A stretch of 64,000 bases of DNA from assembly GCA_051362555.1 (NCBI GenBank), contig CM120642.1, positions 9,424,001 through 9,488,000 on the forward strand. The letters run 5' to 3'. The position numbers and the translations under genes were made by a program. Positions 30,384 through 42,700 of the stretch are shown here, in pieces (within the stretch, counting starts at the first letter, position 1; each line of letters starts with the position of its first letter). This DNA comes from Lingula anatina. Lineage: Eukaryota; Animalia; Brachiopoda. The notes beneath the pieces are model-generated. The model did no database searches and was not told the DNA's origin. It saw nothing but the letters and a program-made list of their open reading frames with translations.

Positions 30384-30480
30384 AGGGGATAAATGAAAAG
30401 GGAAAAGTCACTACATGAAATTCAAGAATGGGATGTAATTTCTATTCCCATAGTTAAACCATCCTGTTCAGGGCGCTACG

Positions 30481-30513
<33 letters not shown>

Positions 30514-33500
30514 TTCAACATGGACTACTAGTACAATTTATGTAGACAATAACTTTAATACTTGTCACTTTTTGGAAGATCCAATTCATACATGTTTAAT
30601 TTCTGAAAAGAAATTACGTCGTCATCTGTTTCTGGTCCTTGGGTAAGATTTTCCATTGGTAGCCAGACAACTAGAGTAAACAAATATAAACAACCCTAGA
30701 CGCTATGCAGTCTCTCAGTACGGAAATTGATTTCATAAAATGATACTGATAATATCAAAAATTGCCTTTCATTCGAAATCCTTTGAAATAGTTGCACAAT
30801 CATCGCCACAAAAACTCCACCTTTCGCTGGAATTAATTGGCCAGAAATTTCACAGAAATCGGGGAGCTATGGGAATCTGTATTGAAAGAAATGATTTGTA
30901 ATTTCCGAAAACCGAGAGATCATTTTCGGTCCATCCCTCTCCTGTCAGTTTGATTTGTGGTCCTTGGTTTTCCAAGCGGAGACACGCAGAAGTTAAACGG
31001 TACAGGGTTAATGGTGTCAGAGCAAAAAGCGCCACGGCGGATTAAAACATTTTATTTGTCTTAAAACCCCTCTATCTTGTGTGAAAAATCTTCCGAATTT
31101 ATGCCTCAGTGGCGTAATATCTATTTTTATGCAATTGCATTGCCACCCTTGCCGGGAATGGGACGTGACGATGACAACATAAAAATAACGGTTAAAGAAA
31201 AGTCGACATAAAACCCTATGATTATTCGAGTGCACACTGTGTCGTCATTGCTGTTTAGTGTCAGCAGAGTAAAGGCCTGTCAGTACAGCAAAAAAAGTGT
31301 AATTGTATTTTATGTTGTTCAAGGCCAATAACAGTCCTTTTAACCGTAGTGACATAATGATGCCGTCTACTTGCAATTATCTAAAAACGAAAATATCGAC
31401 TAGTGTCAAAAAAGGGTATAATGATATCATAATATGCACTAAGAATCTGATAAAATAACAAATAAATATGATTTTTCCACGAGCATATATCGGTTGACTA
31501 GATAGCTGGTTTTTAACTTTATGGAAACAGTTGAAATATTTTTATAGATCAGATTGTTGCAACACGAAGTACAGAGACGGCAAAATCATAAATTAAGAAA
31601 AGCAAGAGATTCCATTCTCAACTGACAGAAAATATTGAAATGTAATTTGCCAGAAACAAAATTCGGCAACATAACTTTATATTCGACTATTTCAAGTTCA
31701 GAATGTACATGAACTTAGTCCCGTATTTAGGTCCAACAAACGCATGACGGTTTATCAGAAGTTTTATTCACAAAAAAAGGTTATCATACCGGTGGCTTCC
31801 CAGTCTGGCTATTTACGGTTGATATGACACAATTTTTTTCTTTTTCAAGTCGCAGCAAAATGTTATGCACCTTAAGATCTTAGGTAAAATGGCATGGTCT
31901 TTATTATTTTACTTTTATCTTTTTCTGTATTTTTATTTGAAAATACCCTTTTCATTCGATATTTCTTTCTATTTTTTTATAAGCCTGTATATCTATTTAA
32001 CTATCTATGTATACCTTTATTATTTATGGCTGTAACCATTCACTTAAGTGGTTAACTTAGAAATGTTTACATCAATTTTTTATATGATAAACAAAACAAT
32101 TGGCTTACTGGGGTAAATACAACACATCTAAAATTTTACTTGCCGTCTCAGACAGGAAGTCACGGGGCCATTAAGTTTAAGTCGTTTCTTATCGATGATT
32201 TTAAAAGTTATCCAAATTTATCCAACTCTAATGCAACGATTTTTTTACTTCATCAGGAAAAATTAAAGATTTTTACTTCATCAGGAAAAATTAATGATTC
32301 TTGGACAGAAATTTCTGTTTGAAATTCTTAGTAAAACACCTGTCGTAGGAGAAGAGTTGAGTGCATTTGTAAAAATCATGTTCAAAAAGGAAGTCAAAAG
32401 CATTCTTTCCATCGTTAACCCCCGTTTGTGCGTGCGTGTGTGTGTGTGTGTTTGTGTGCGCGCGCGCGTGCGCGAACACGCAATCGCTCTTCTGGTCATT
32501 TTTTCAGCATGTGGCAGTACACTGAGCATAACCGTCGAAAGCTGGCATTTTGAAACTAATGTCTGTATAAATCGCTCATAAGAATGAAAACAAAATCCAA
32601 TTTCCGAAAATGATTGCACCTCCATTTCCTAAAAGTACTTGCCTATTTTGCCAATCAACCAATAGGTGTTCGGTTGCAAAAAACAATTGTGAAAAAAATA
32701 GACGGATTATCAGTGCTCAGCATCTGTTTAGTTTCCAAGCTGTGGGGGAGTGTAAACAGTTTTCTCTCGCGTAACCGATAAGTGTCGAATCGAAGAGTAA
32801 AATAAAAAAAAACATTGATTACATTTTAAAAAATGAATGTAACTGGTTGTTTCTTTTAAGCCATCTTACCTACACAACACGGAAGGGAATTATTGGTCTA
32901 ATAAAACATTGGTAATTAAAATTCTTTGCAAACTCACATGTATTGGATTCAAAATGTTTGACAGAATTTTATTCTCTGATAAAGAAAACATGTTATCAAG
33001 AGGTATAAAAATTCCCTTGTACATGTACATGTAGTTCAATTGAGGAATACATGTAACGCAGCATTTGCTTGTTCATTTTATAGGTTTTGAAGTGTTGCCA
33101 GCTGTAGCCAGCTGTAAGATGTCGTGAAATGGCTAAAGACATATTTTTGAAAATTATTTTTGCAATCTCAAACAAAATACATTAATAATAAATAAATAAA
33201 TAAGTGTGTCAGAATAAGAGATTTTTTTTAAAGCATAACACCTTCGAAAACTAAGATTTGTATTTATATCACATGCAAATATTCAAAACAATACCCAACT
33301 ATTATTCACCATAATTCTAAATATACATATCTGTACCAATAATAGGAAACTTAAGCCAAGTGAGATGCCAATTAATGTGACAGAACCATTTTTGTTTTTT
33401 TTAAATTATTATTGAAATTATGCTATAAACGGGCTATAATGTTAAGGGCACGGTTTTGAAAATTCAGAAAATACTGTTTAACATGCGATGCACATCAAAA

Positions 33501-33869
33501 CAGCGTGAGAAGTGTTGAACGGTAGCAAAGGGAACTCATATTTTTTAGAGAAGCTGCTAAAATAGGAAAATAGGATCATATTTGATATACTAATAGTTGT
33601 TTAAGCCTAGCCTAATAACGGACCATTTATCTCGTTGTATGGAGTGTTTCGATCGGAAATGAGACCTCAGCTGTAACGGCATAATGGCGAAACTGTAGAT
33701 TATATTCATCAACAAAATTAGCCAAGCCGTTAAAGCTCTATTGAAAAATAAACTTGTGATTGTGACATACAGTGAGATTATTTAGCACATTTCCTGCATT
33801 TAGCACACCATATTCTTTCAGTAAATTCCAAAAAAATAAATAGGTCGGTGGATCCAAAAGTACATGGAC

Positions 33870-34169
33870 CAGGGGCGGATCCAGGATTACTAGAAGAGGA
33901 GGATCCAATTTTTAAAGAATGACAGGCCTTGGATGCAAAGCCGACCCTTGGCCTCCTTGCCTTAACCTTTTATTGGGTGGTTATAAGCAGAACATTTGGT
34001 GAAATCGTTGGTGTTTTGGAGGGCAAACGGTGCCATTTGCTGCAGTTTAGAACTATGATTCAGCTTTTCAAACTTCCAATATCAAGAGGAGAATATTGAC
34101 TTGATTTTTTCCCAGAAACCCAAAGGGGGGATAGGACCTCCTTGACCCTTCCCCCTAAATCCGCCACTG
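33870..34169. mobile_element. MITE with CAGGGGCGGAT-type termini (hAT-like)
   Basis: CAGGGGCGGATCCAGG (33870) ... CCTAAATCCGCCACTG (34169), flanked by tggac on both sides (5-bp duplication). Internal sequence differs from the 170-bp family below. Confidence 0.7.
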
Positions 34170-36222
34170 TGGACGTCGACGCGGATACTTTATCGCGGTC
34201 GTGTACGTTTCAAACACCTCTTTTTCTGTTGATCCATCCACTGGAATCATCTTCGAGTGCTGTTAACATGGGTCGACTTTATAATGGAAACTTTGGGTCT
34301 TTCACCTGCATGAAAACGTGTAGTATGCCACTACCATCATTTAGGTTAAATTAGAAATCAAGGCGAAATGAAACCAGTTTTCTATAGTTACTTTTCATAT
34401 AAAATGTTTTACATTGGGTATTACAAACAAACGCGTTCACGAGCGCATAAAGACGTCATCAACCTCATGCATTCACTGCCAAACTATAGCCATATACTGG
34501 ATGGTATAGTATGTTATTTTAATACGAGAATAACAATATGTTGATCGTATTTTTCGGTATTTTCATATCTTTATTTTCATTTCAATGAAATAAGACAGCG
34601 TCTTAAATATTGCATTAGAAGTTACTCTTTTGATCCGCCGATGAAGCAAAAGTGATACACAGGGTTTTATCATTGATATAGGTGAGTTTCTTCATTGCGT
34701 CAGAGAAGCACAGATATTCGTTGTGTTATGAACTGCGGCACTCTTTGGGTTGTTTACAAAGAATTTTATTCTATTTCATTTTTATTCAATCATTCATTAT
34801 TCATTGAAGTAAATACTGAGCAAAAGATCAGGCTTGTCAAAGTACAACCAGAGGAGACAACGAGGCTCTTCAAAGGATATAAAAGAAAACAAAGAAAAAT
34901 GCATCATTACGACCGTCCACAACAAACTGCCCTTTTTATTTCCAACGCACGTAATTTAAACACAGTACTTACTGAAGATTAAAAATTTAATGACTTTCAT
35001 GAAAATTGAACAAATTTTCAATTAAATAGTTTATTACTGCACGAATAAAATAAAATAGATACAAGATGGCAGTCAAAATGTTATAAGGCAAATCCACCAA
35101 CAGTTCTTAAAATATTTATTTTCAGGGGTGAGCATGACCAAGAATTGAGTAACAGAATGTTGGCTGGAATAAGGAAGGAAATCAATCATCGACAAGATAC
35201 CTCCTCCTTCTGATACTGAAAGCAACATACAGCGTGGTTAAGTAGCACAATTTAAATTTACAACCATGCTTTACAAATGTGATTTATTCTTATAAATGCG
35301 TGTACTCATTTTCATTTGACACTAAACATTTCTTAATTTTAGAAGTGTTAACCAGATATCTTCTTGCTGGTATAACCAAATGTTAAGGTTTTTTGAGTGC
35401 CTTTCTTGTTGATAATATCTGTAATCCCATGGTACAAGTAGTATTGCCAGTGTACTAAATTGGCGATTTCTGGACCTGAACTTGATCCGTATACTTCATT
35501 TTACCACTTCTTAACACAACAAAAATAAATATTCTAGCCACAAGCACTAGTTAAACATGGCCAACTCCCCAACCCGTACTACACTGTAGTTGTAACATAA
35601 AAGGTTTCTTAAAACTGTCATATACGGATTTACGTTTACTTTTCAAATTAATGGATCAGATATATTGCAAAAGAATCGGGGATAAGAATATAAATTATGA
35701 ACAATTACCAGCCTTTATAAATAGACAAATAGGCACGATACTGTGGAAATCTTACCATAATTACAGCTGACAACGCCGAATCTTGAATAATATAATTACC
35801 TTACAAGTCACTATAGACTAACATTTTTCTTGAATAAATCAAACAAGTGAGTTTCTTTTCAAGTCATTAAATATATCTGGTTATTTATTTTTCTTGAATA
35901 ATAAACAAGCACAATTGCTCGGCACAAGCACGTAAGCCGTATGCAGTCATTATCAAGGCCACAGTAACTACTTTGGTGTGTAGCCTCTTCCTAAAGTGTG
36001 GACAATTTTCTGTACATAAGGAAAAATTTGTCAGAAATTAAAGACCTATTTTTGACCAAATATTAAGGTACTTTTCTCATCCATTTTCATTTACTATGTT
36101 CAACATAACTGTTTCAAACAAGAATTTCACAAAAACAAAACATCCAAAGGGTTCCAGAACGCCCCACGAAATTTAAGATTTAATATTGTAAAGGCGATCC
36201 AGCTCGAACGCTATTTGTGAAA

Positions 36223-39200
36223 TTATTTAATTTTTCTTGCTTCTTGGATCTTTTTGGATACTGGACGCTTAGAAGCCCCTCTCAACTGAGGCTTGGCCTT
36301 CTGACTTTTCCTCTCGCGTGTGAAAACGGAGAATGTATACAGAAGGGGGTTGATGGCAGAATTGAGAGGCATTATAAAAACTGCCATCCACGCCGAAACG
36401 TTGGGATCAAGAGGCGTGTCTATGATGACAGACACAAATCCAATAAAAATTATTGGCATCCAGCACAAGAAATTGCTGGCGATGACGTACGTGATTCGAC
36501 GCACGAATTTCGCCTCATCCTCAAACTCCTTCCCTGCCTGTTGACGAGTTATGCGCACCGTTCGATAGATGGCGATATAACCCACGAAAATCGAAATGAA
36601 TGCCAAAAGATTCATGATCAAGTATATCATTGCGGAGTACTCCCAGCCTTTCACCCTTCCTGCAGTAAAATTATACAGCAAACAGACACCGTTCTTGATA
36701 TAGTCTTTTGTGCCAAAATATGGGATGCCCAAAATTGGGAGAGCGGAAAACAGACTGATAGACAGAAAACCGGACAGGATAAGAATTTTCGCCATTTTAT
36801 GGTTGACCCTCAATTCTAACTTGAATGGATAAACCACGATAATAAACCTCTCGTAGGTTATTAACAAGAGCATGAATACCGACATTTCATTGGATAGCAT
36901 GGCCAGAAATCCTGCAAATTTGCAAACCCACGAATTGCGCCAAAAATCAGAATTAATGGCATAATTATCGCGATAATAAATGTCTGCACCCGCTATAATA
37001 AGAAGATAAACTCCCATGATCATATCAGACAACCCTAAAGCTTGAATCAATTGAGAAACGACTTTATCCTGTTCCGACTTCATACGCCAGACAATCACCA
37101 CGCAGTTGCCAACGATGGCTATGAGACCTAAAACCCAGATACACAATCTAAGAGCAAACTGGGCCATGAGATCGCTACAGTCCGAGAAAGGATCCGTGCG
37201 AGGGTGGCAATCATTGACCTCGGCGATACAACAAAATTTAAAGTCGTCAGTTTTAAGAGAAGTGTTTCTGGGGAGTTTACTAAAAACATCCTTGTCCACA
37301 GTGCTCAGGCGATTATGGTCAAGAAACATGTTGAGTTCGGAGAGTTCATTCAAGCCGTCAAACATATCCTTTTCGATGTACTCAAGATTGTTTAGGCTGA
37401 GGTTTATGGACTTAAGCTTAGGTTCAACAACAGATGCATTCTCAATTCTGAAGGCCCCAGCGCTTACCTCTGATATTTGCAGCCCAGAAAGATTGAGTGC
37501 CGTCAGGTTTGTGCAGTGAAAAAAAGAGTTTGCTTCTATTGTTGTTATAGGGTTATTATACAAAATAAGCCTACGAAGAGATGACATGGAGGCAAACATG
37601 TAATTTGCTATTTTAGTTAGAAGATTATCTCTGAGGTCTAACTCAGCTAGGTTAACAAGGGTATCAAAAGTGTTGATTGGGATATCAGATATGCCATTGT
37701 CAGATATATCCAATGCTCCAAGCCACGTGTATCTTAGGAAGGTTTGGTTCGTCAACTGAAGGCGATTCCCTCTGAGGAACAGTGCCCTAACATCGCGTGC
37801 TATGTTAGGAATTTCGACCCAGGACTTTCCAGAGCAATCGATTTTGTTTCCTATGCAATCGCACTGCTGGCATGTGTCGTTTAACTCACAGAAGCGTTCA
37901 TCGGCTTGCGACAAGCGACAGTCGATGGTGCCGTCACACACCTTGTCCCAGGTAAGACAATGCCTTTCATCTTTACATTTAAAGAGCCCTGGACATGCGT
38001 AATTTGTACAGATGTCGTCGTGCTCGTCTTGGGCATCGGGACAGTCATTGATGCCATCACAAAGGCGATGGAACGGGACGCAGTATGCGTGTGGACACTT
38101 AAAATGGGTCTGAGGTGGGCACATGAAGACGTCGCAGTTCTTAAGGTGTCCACCGTTTCTGCAATAGTCCAATTTCCCCAGCTGGTTATTGTCGAACAGG
38201 CAAAGCTTCTCGGTATTAAAACAGGTGCGTTGTCCCACGCTGCACTTGAACTCGCCCTCCTTACATGAAGCGATCACGCCTGTCACATTGGTGTCCGTGC
38301 TGGGAAGGACTACCTCATCTTCGGCTATAAGACCAGGGCAGTCTACCATGTCATCAAAGCGCTGTTCCTTGGGTAGACAGACTCCCGTGAAGCACTGGAA
38401 ACTATGTTCTCCGCATATGGTAGAGAGACCTTGGCACCCGTCTACTTCGTCACTACCATCTAAGCAATCTGTAACGCCGTCGCACCAACTTACTATGTCT
38501 ATGCATTGTCCGTTATCGCACTTGGACTCGCTGATATTACAGGGTGGTGGAGAGCAGGACGACTCGTCAGACCCATCGTCACAGTCTTGGATAAAGTCAC
38601 AATACTTTGCCCATGGGATGCATTGTGCGGACCTGGTACCGCCACTGCATCGGAAGTAATTGTCAGGTCCACGGCCTTCGTATGTGTCACATGGCACGCA
38701 GTCTGATTCATCTTCACCGCCGTTACAATCTGGCTTACCATCACATCTGTATTGTCGCAGAAGACACGTTCCATCATCACAGGCGAAGGTGAGGTTACCA
38801 CAAGACGGTTTTACGGGGGGATCGCCAACTTCTTGTGAACAAAATGCATGGCTGATTCCGTACATCGCTCGATCAAAGAGGATCTTGTACTCATCAAAAC
38901 TGTCACATATATCAATTACTTCCCAAGATTTCATGAGGATATTTTGCTCTTTATTCCAAGGTAAAATTTTCGGGAGATACTGGAAAGTGCGACACCCTCG
39001 CATCTTGACTGCTTCCCCTGGTGGAATGTTGCTGTTGTCTATCCATATTCCATGGCCGTCCTCAAGACGTAACAAGCGCAGATACCCCACCATTATCGAG
39101 GTATCTGGTGAATCCATCGGTGCAAGTACCCCTGATATGGCACCACAAGCGCTCTGGGCGGCGTCATAAAAGTCAACTGCGAATGCCCTGCATGAATCCA

Positions 39201-39765
39201 CTAATTCAGTCCCATCTGTCCCGCATGGCTGTTGGCTAACTGAGTTTGGAATAAGATGGGTGATATTCAACAACCTGTAACATTTGTATCTCCCCGCTGA
39301 AGGGAGATAGAGCATATGCCACCCAAAAGGACAAGTGAAATGAGCCCATATAAGATTGGACGAGTTAAGACCAGGGTTGATGTAGGTATAACCTTCATGA
39401 CCTGTGGCGGGAACGGGTGGTGCTGGACCAAGTTTAACTCTGACGGAAGAGCCACCTGCTCTTAACGAAGGGCGTTTCTTGCAGATAAAACTGCTCTTGC
39501 AAAAAGGAAACTGACAAGGCACCTTAACCCAGTTTGTAGTGGTGTGCGAGTTGACGAAGACCATTGCGCTGCAGCGGGTAGCGGAGTGACTGAATGGCTG
39601 AAGTTTTTCTAGATCGATAAAAGTTGCTTCATCGACTGAACTCATGCAAAGTTCAGACGACTCAGTAGAAAACCGGCCCCTCAACAGGTGTTGATCTTTT
39701 CCATAGTTATACCAGTCCGCATAGGCCATAACTGTGTTGTCCAACCATTTGTAGGTTTTTGGTGT
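36223..39765 (-). CDS. Paralogue A terminal exon: end of CTL1, CTL2-like, ~7 LDLa, LRRNT/LRRs, hinge, 7TM
   Basis: 1173-aa ORF with acceptor tttag|ACA at 39765. LDLa motifs (CDGKPDCNGGEDESDC etc.), GRL101-type C-R-N-G-x-H-L-x-N-C linker, LRRs, hinge DDFKFCC..C.P..DPFSDC.DLM, TM motifs GN..V, SD.IMGVYL..IA.AD, W..S..CKFAG, YERF, FLCWMP, NSAINPLLY. Confidence 0.95.
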   Translation of the reverse strand, partial: TPKTYKWLDNTVMAYADWYNYGKDQHLLRGRFSTESSELCMSSVDEATFIDLEKLQPFSHSATRCSAMVFVNSHTTTNWVKVPCQFPFCKSSFICKKRPSLRAGGSSVRVKLGPAPPVPATGHEGYTYINPGLNSSNLIWAHFTCPFGWHMLYLPSAGRYKCYRLLNITHLIPNSVSQQPCGTDGTELVDSCRAFAVDFYDAAQSACGAISGVLAPMDSPDTSIMVGYLRLLRLEDGHGIWIDNSNIPPGEAVKMRGCRTFQYLPKILPWNKEQNILMKSWEVIDICDSFDEYKILFDRAMYGISHAFCSQEVGDPPVKPSCGNLTFACDDGTCLLRQYRCDGKPDCNGGEDESDCVPCDTYEGRGPDNYFRCSGGTRSAQCIPWAKYCDFIQDCDDGSDESSCSPPPCNISESKCDNGQCIDIVSWCDGVTDCLDGSDEVDGCQGLSTICGEHSFQCFTGVCLPKEQRFDDMVDCPGLIAEDEVVLPSTDTNVTGVIASCKEGEFKCSVGQRTCFNTEKLCLFDNNQLGKLDYCRNGGHLKNCDVFMCPPQTHFKCPHAYCVPFHRLCDGINDCPDAQDEHDDICTNYACPGLFKCKDERHCLTWDKVCDGTIDCRLSQADERFCELNDTCQQCDCIGNKIDCSGKSWVEIPNIARDVRALFLRGNRLQLTNQTFLRYTWLGALDISDNGISDIPINTFDTLVNLAELDLRDNLLTKIANYMFASMSSLRRLILYNNPITTIEANSFFHCTNLTALNLSGLQISEVSAGAFRIENASVVEPKLKSINLSLNNLEYIEKDMFDGLNELSELNMFLDHNRLSTVDKDVFSKLPRNTSLKTDDFKFCCIAEVNDCHPRTDPFSDCSDLMAQFALRLCIWVLGLIAIVGNCVVIVWRMKSEQDKVVSQLIQALGLSDMIMGVYLLIIAGADIYYRDNYAINSDFWRNSWVCKFAGFLAMLSNEMSVFMLLLITYERFIIVVYPFKLELRVNHKMAKILILSGFLSISLFSALPILGIPYFGTKDYIKNGVCLLYNFTAGRVKGWEYSAMIYLIMNLLAFISIFVGYIAIYRTVRITRQQAGKEFEDEAKFVRRITYVIASNFLCWMPIIFIGFVSVIIDTPLDPNVSAWMAVFIMPLNSAINPLLYTFSVFTRERKSQKAKPQLRGASKRPVSKKIQEARKIK

Positions 39766-42700
39766 CTAAAGTCAGAAAAGAAGCGGTTATATAATATTGA
39801 TTTTCAAAGATAATGAAGAAGCCTGTGTTCTTTCAATATATAGCAAAAAAAAAAAAAATAATAATAATAATAACTTACAGTTTTTAAACAATTTTTTAGA
39901 CCTCCATTTAGATTATTATCATACCCCTAGAGGGCCCGTAGGCTGCCAGAGTGAGGGCAGTTATATAAGGTTTTATTCTTTCTACCAGTCTATCAAAAGT
40001 CTCTTATTTTTTTACTTCAAACATCTCCTACATAAGTACCACTAACGTGAAAAATAACCAGTATACTCCAGGCCTTCAACAGGTTCCCCCAAGCCTTCTT
40101 CTCTGCCTATGTCCCTCCTACTAGGTTTTTAAATTTGCGTTCAGATTTATACATCGTAGCCAACCCGTATTCGAAAAATACATTAAACTTTGCTACACGT
40201 ATAAAAGTGATAAATGTCTAATCTATATGAGATTCGATAAGAAAAATAAGGAATTACATCATTAGAGTGTTGAACTTTTTTCTTAAACGTAAAAGATTAT
40301 AAGTTGTAAATTTGAAGTTAATAAAAAAAGTAGAAAAGAGAAGTGGTCTTATCGAATAATGAAGCCAACCTACGTCTTTATCGCTGAGCCCAATATATAT
40401 AATGTATTTGTCTTTAGCAGTCGTGTCGTCCTTCCAGCGTGTGGCGATCATATACTTTAGGAAGTTGGCTTCGTCGTCATTAAGGACACTTAAAGGGGAA
40501 AATCAACAATATAGTTATCAAAATATCTTATCGCTGTCATTGGCGACACACACACATATTAGTGCCATTCTTTTGTTAATGACTTAATTTGATCGTTTTA
40601 AGGAAATACACGCAAGACGTCTTGATCTACTAGTAAGTTCTGACGAAAAATACATAAAAAGACACTACTGCCCCCACGAACCTGGTTAATTCGCCCCCGA
40701 CGTCTTTGCAAACCTTTACGGCATTGGTCCAAGTGATGTTTCTAAATCCCGGCTTCCACATTTCCTGATAAACGATAAAAGCATTAGCTGTCACATCCCC
40801 ACAGGCCATCAACAATTGTTGACATAGGACCAAAATGTACAAATGGAAAACAGTCAAAGATTGTTAAACTAGACCTATTACTCTTCCTAGTTTTATCCAT
40901 ATCTGCTCTCGTAGAATTTCCGCCACAGTTTGCTCATTAATAACAATTAAACTCGTCTATTCTCTTACATTCACTTCAAATAACTATCAAATTCTGTATA
41001 AACTTTAGTTGTTTAAGTTTAAAACATACGTTAGAGAAAAGAGTGGGAATCTCGCTTCTATGAACTCTAGCATTTATATTTCAGTAATGTATCATGGGTA
41101 TTAGCTTAGTACCCTACTTCTTCTAGTTATGTTATGTGGTTATGTTGATTCCGCTCATAATTTAACGCTCTTACGTGAGTTACTGCCCCTCTCTTCCGCG
41201 GGAAGATATTATAACAGTTGGCTCTCCACAATTGCCAGTGTGGTTCGCATTCCCCTATGCTTTCCTCCTCCTCTGCAAGTGGGCTACGATATCTGGCAAT
41301 ACGAAAGTTTTTATTGATACAAGACATCGGTTAACTAACATATATTGTTAAAAAGGGATGAAAAAAATGAATTAGTGATTTCTTTGCTGACTTTCATTGG
41401 GTTGCATTATCAGAACCTATGAGCATTATTTTGGTGGTGGGAGATATCATATATATATGATAGACCCGAACTATCATACACTCTCTATTTCTCTTTCTTT
41501 TACCTATACAGACCGAAGGAGATACTGATGTCTCTACGGGCTGAAGCTCCACCAATTCTATCGTACAGGCGCACGGTGGTCTAAAACGAAATAATATGCT
41601 AATAAGGTCAATGTCAAAGAGGAATTAATACATACTAGTAACCTTTTGACTCATGTTTCTTTGGGTGAACGCTCACAAAATTGCACGCCAACTCAGAAAA
41701 AGGTTTTGATTTATTACTCGGTTCTGAGGGGTTCTTGATAAAGAGTGTCTTTTTGTCATTGATTATTATTCGTACTAGTATATTAAGGACTGATGAAAAA
41801 TTGCCCGCACACAATGAGAGTCCACTGGCCAAACAGTCACATGAGCTACGTAAAGACACATGAGATTTATAAATGCACGTGTACGTAAGACCTAATGCAA
41901 CATATGTTGATCCAGTATATTATAATGTATATTAATATATGTGTAAATAAAATGCACCATATACAGGGGCGGATCCAGAGCAATTTACTGACAGTCTTCA
42001 AAATTATCTCTGTTGATTCATCCTCCAATTTTGAACGTCTTCCGACAGAAAAAAAATTAGATACCCATCAATGTAAACTTGAAAATCTGACCGTCTTGCG
42101 GAACACCCAGAAGACGGCCTAAATCCGCCCCTGACATATGGAACAGCACTATTACTGAGGCACTACATGTAGTGAATAGTGCTCAGTCTCAGACCAACAG
42201 GCAGTGAGGCAGGACATAGTAGTGATCAAAACCTCTGGTAGATACAGCTCAAGTAAGAATAGAAATTGAAAAGTTAAAGCGTATAAAATAAAATATATCT
42301 GTGTCATACCTTATAACTACCTATAGTCTTCCACGTAAAAGGCAATATCTGCAGTTCCCTGAGCGATGCAATTAGCAATATCTCTCCTTTGAAAATTTCA
42401 AATTCATAAATGTCGAAAAGTGGGTCAAGGATACCGGGGACATCGTGTTTCTCGCAGCCCTCAATCATGTCTGACCTGTGTCTGATATACAGTTCGTAAT
42501 ATTCATTTTCTTGGGAGTCGTCCGACATGCCAATGTTCACCTCGTAATACCTAGGATTAGAAACGGAGTACTTGCAAAAAGCCAAGGAGCCACAGCGAAG
42601 TGGAAGAAAGGTATAGTTTTGTACACGCTGGATACCCGTAATGGGTTCTATACGGCATATGTCTGCCGAGTCCTTACTCACGGCGACGCGTATATGAAGG

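Noticed and set aside
36217-36819. 200-aa plus-strand ORF and other ORFs antisense to the GPCR exons
   Set aside because: Shadow frames of the minus-strand CDS; no motifs, non-ATG starts.
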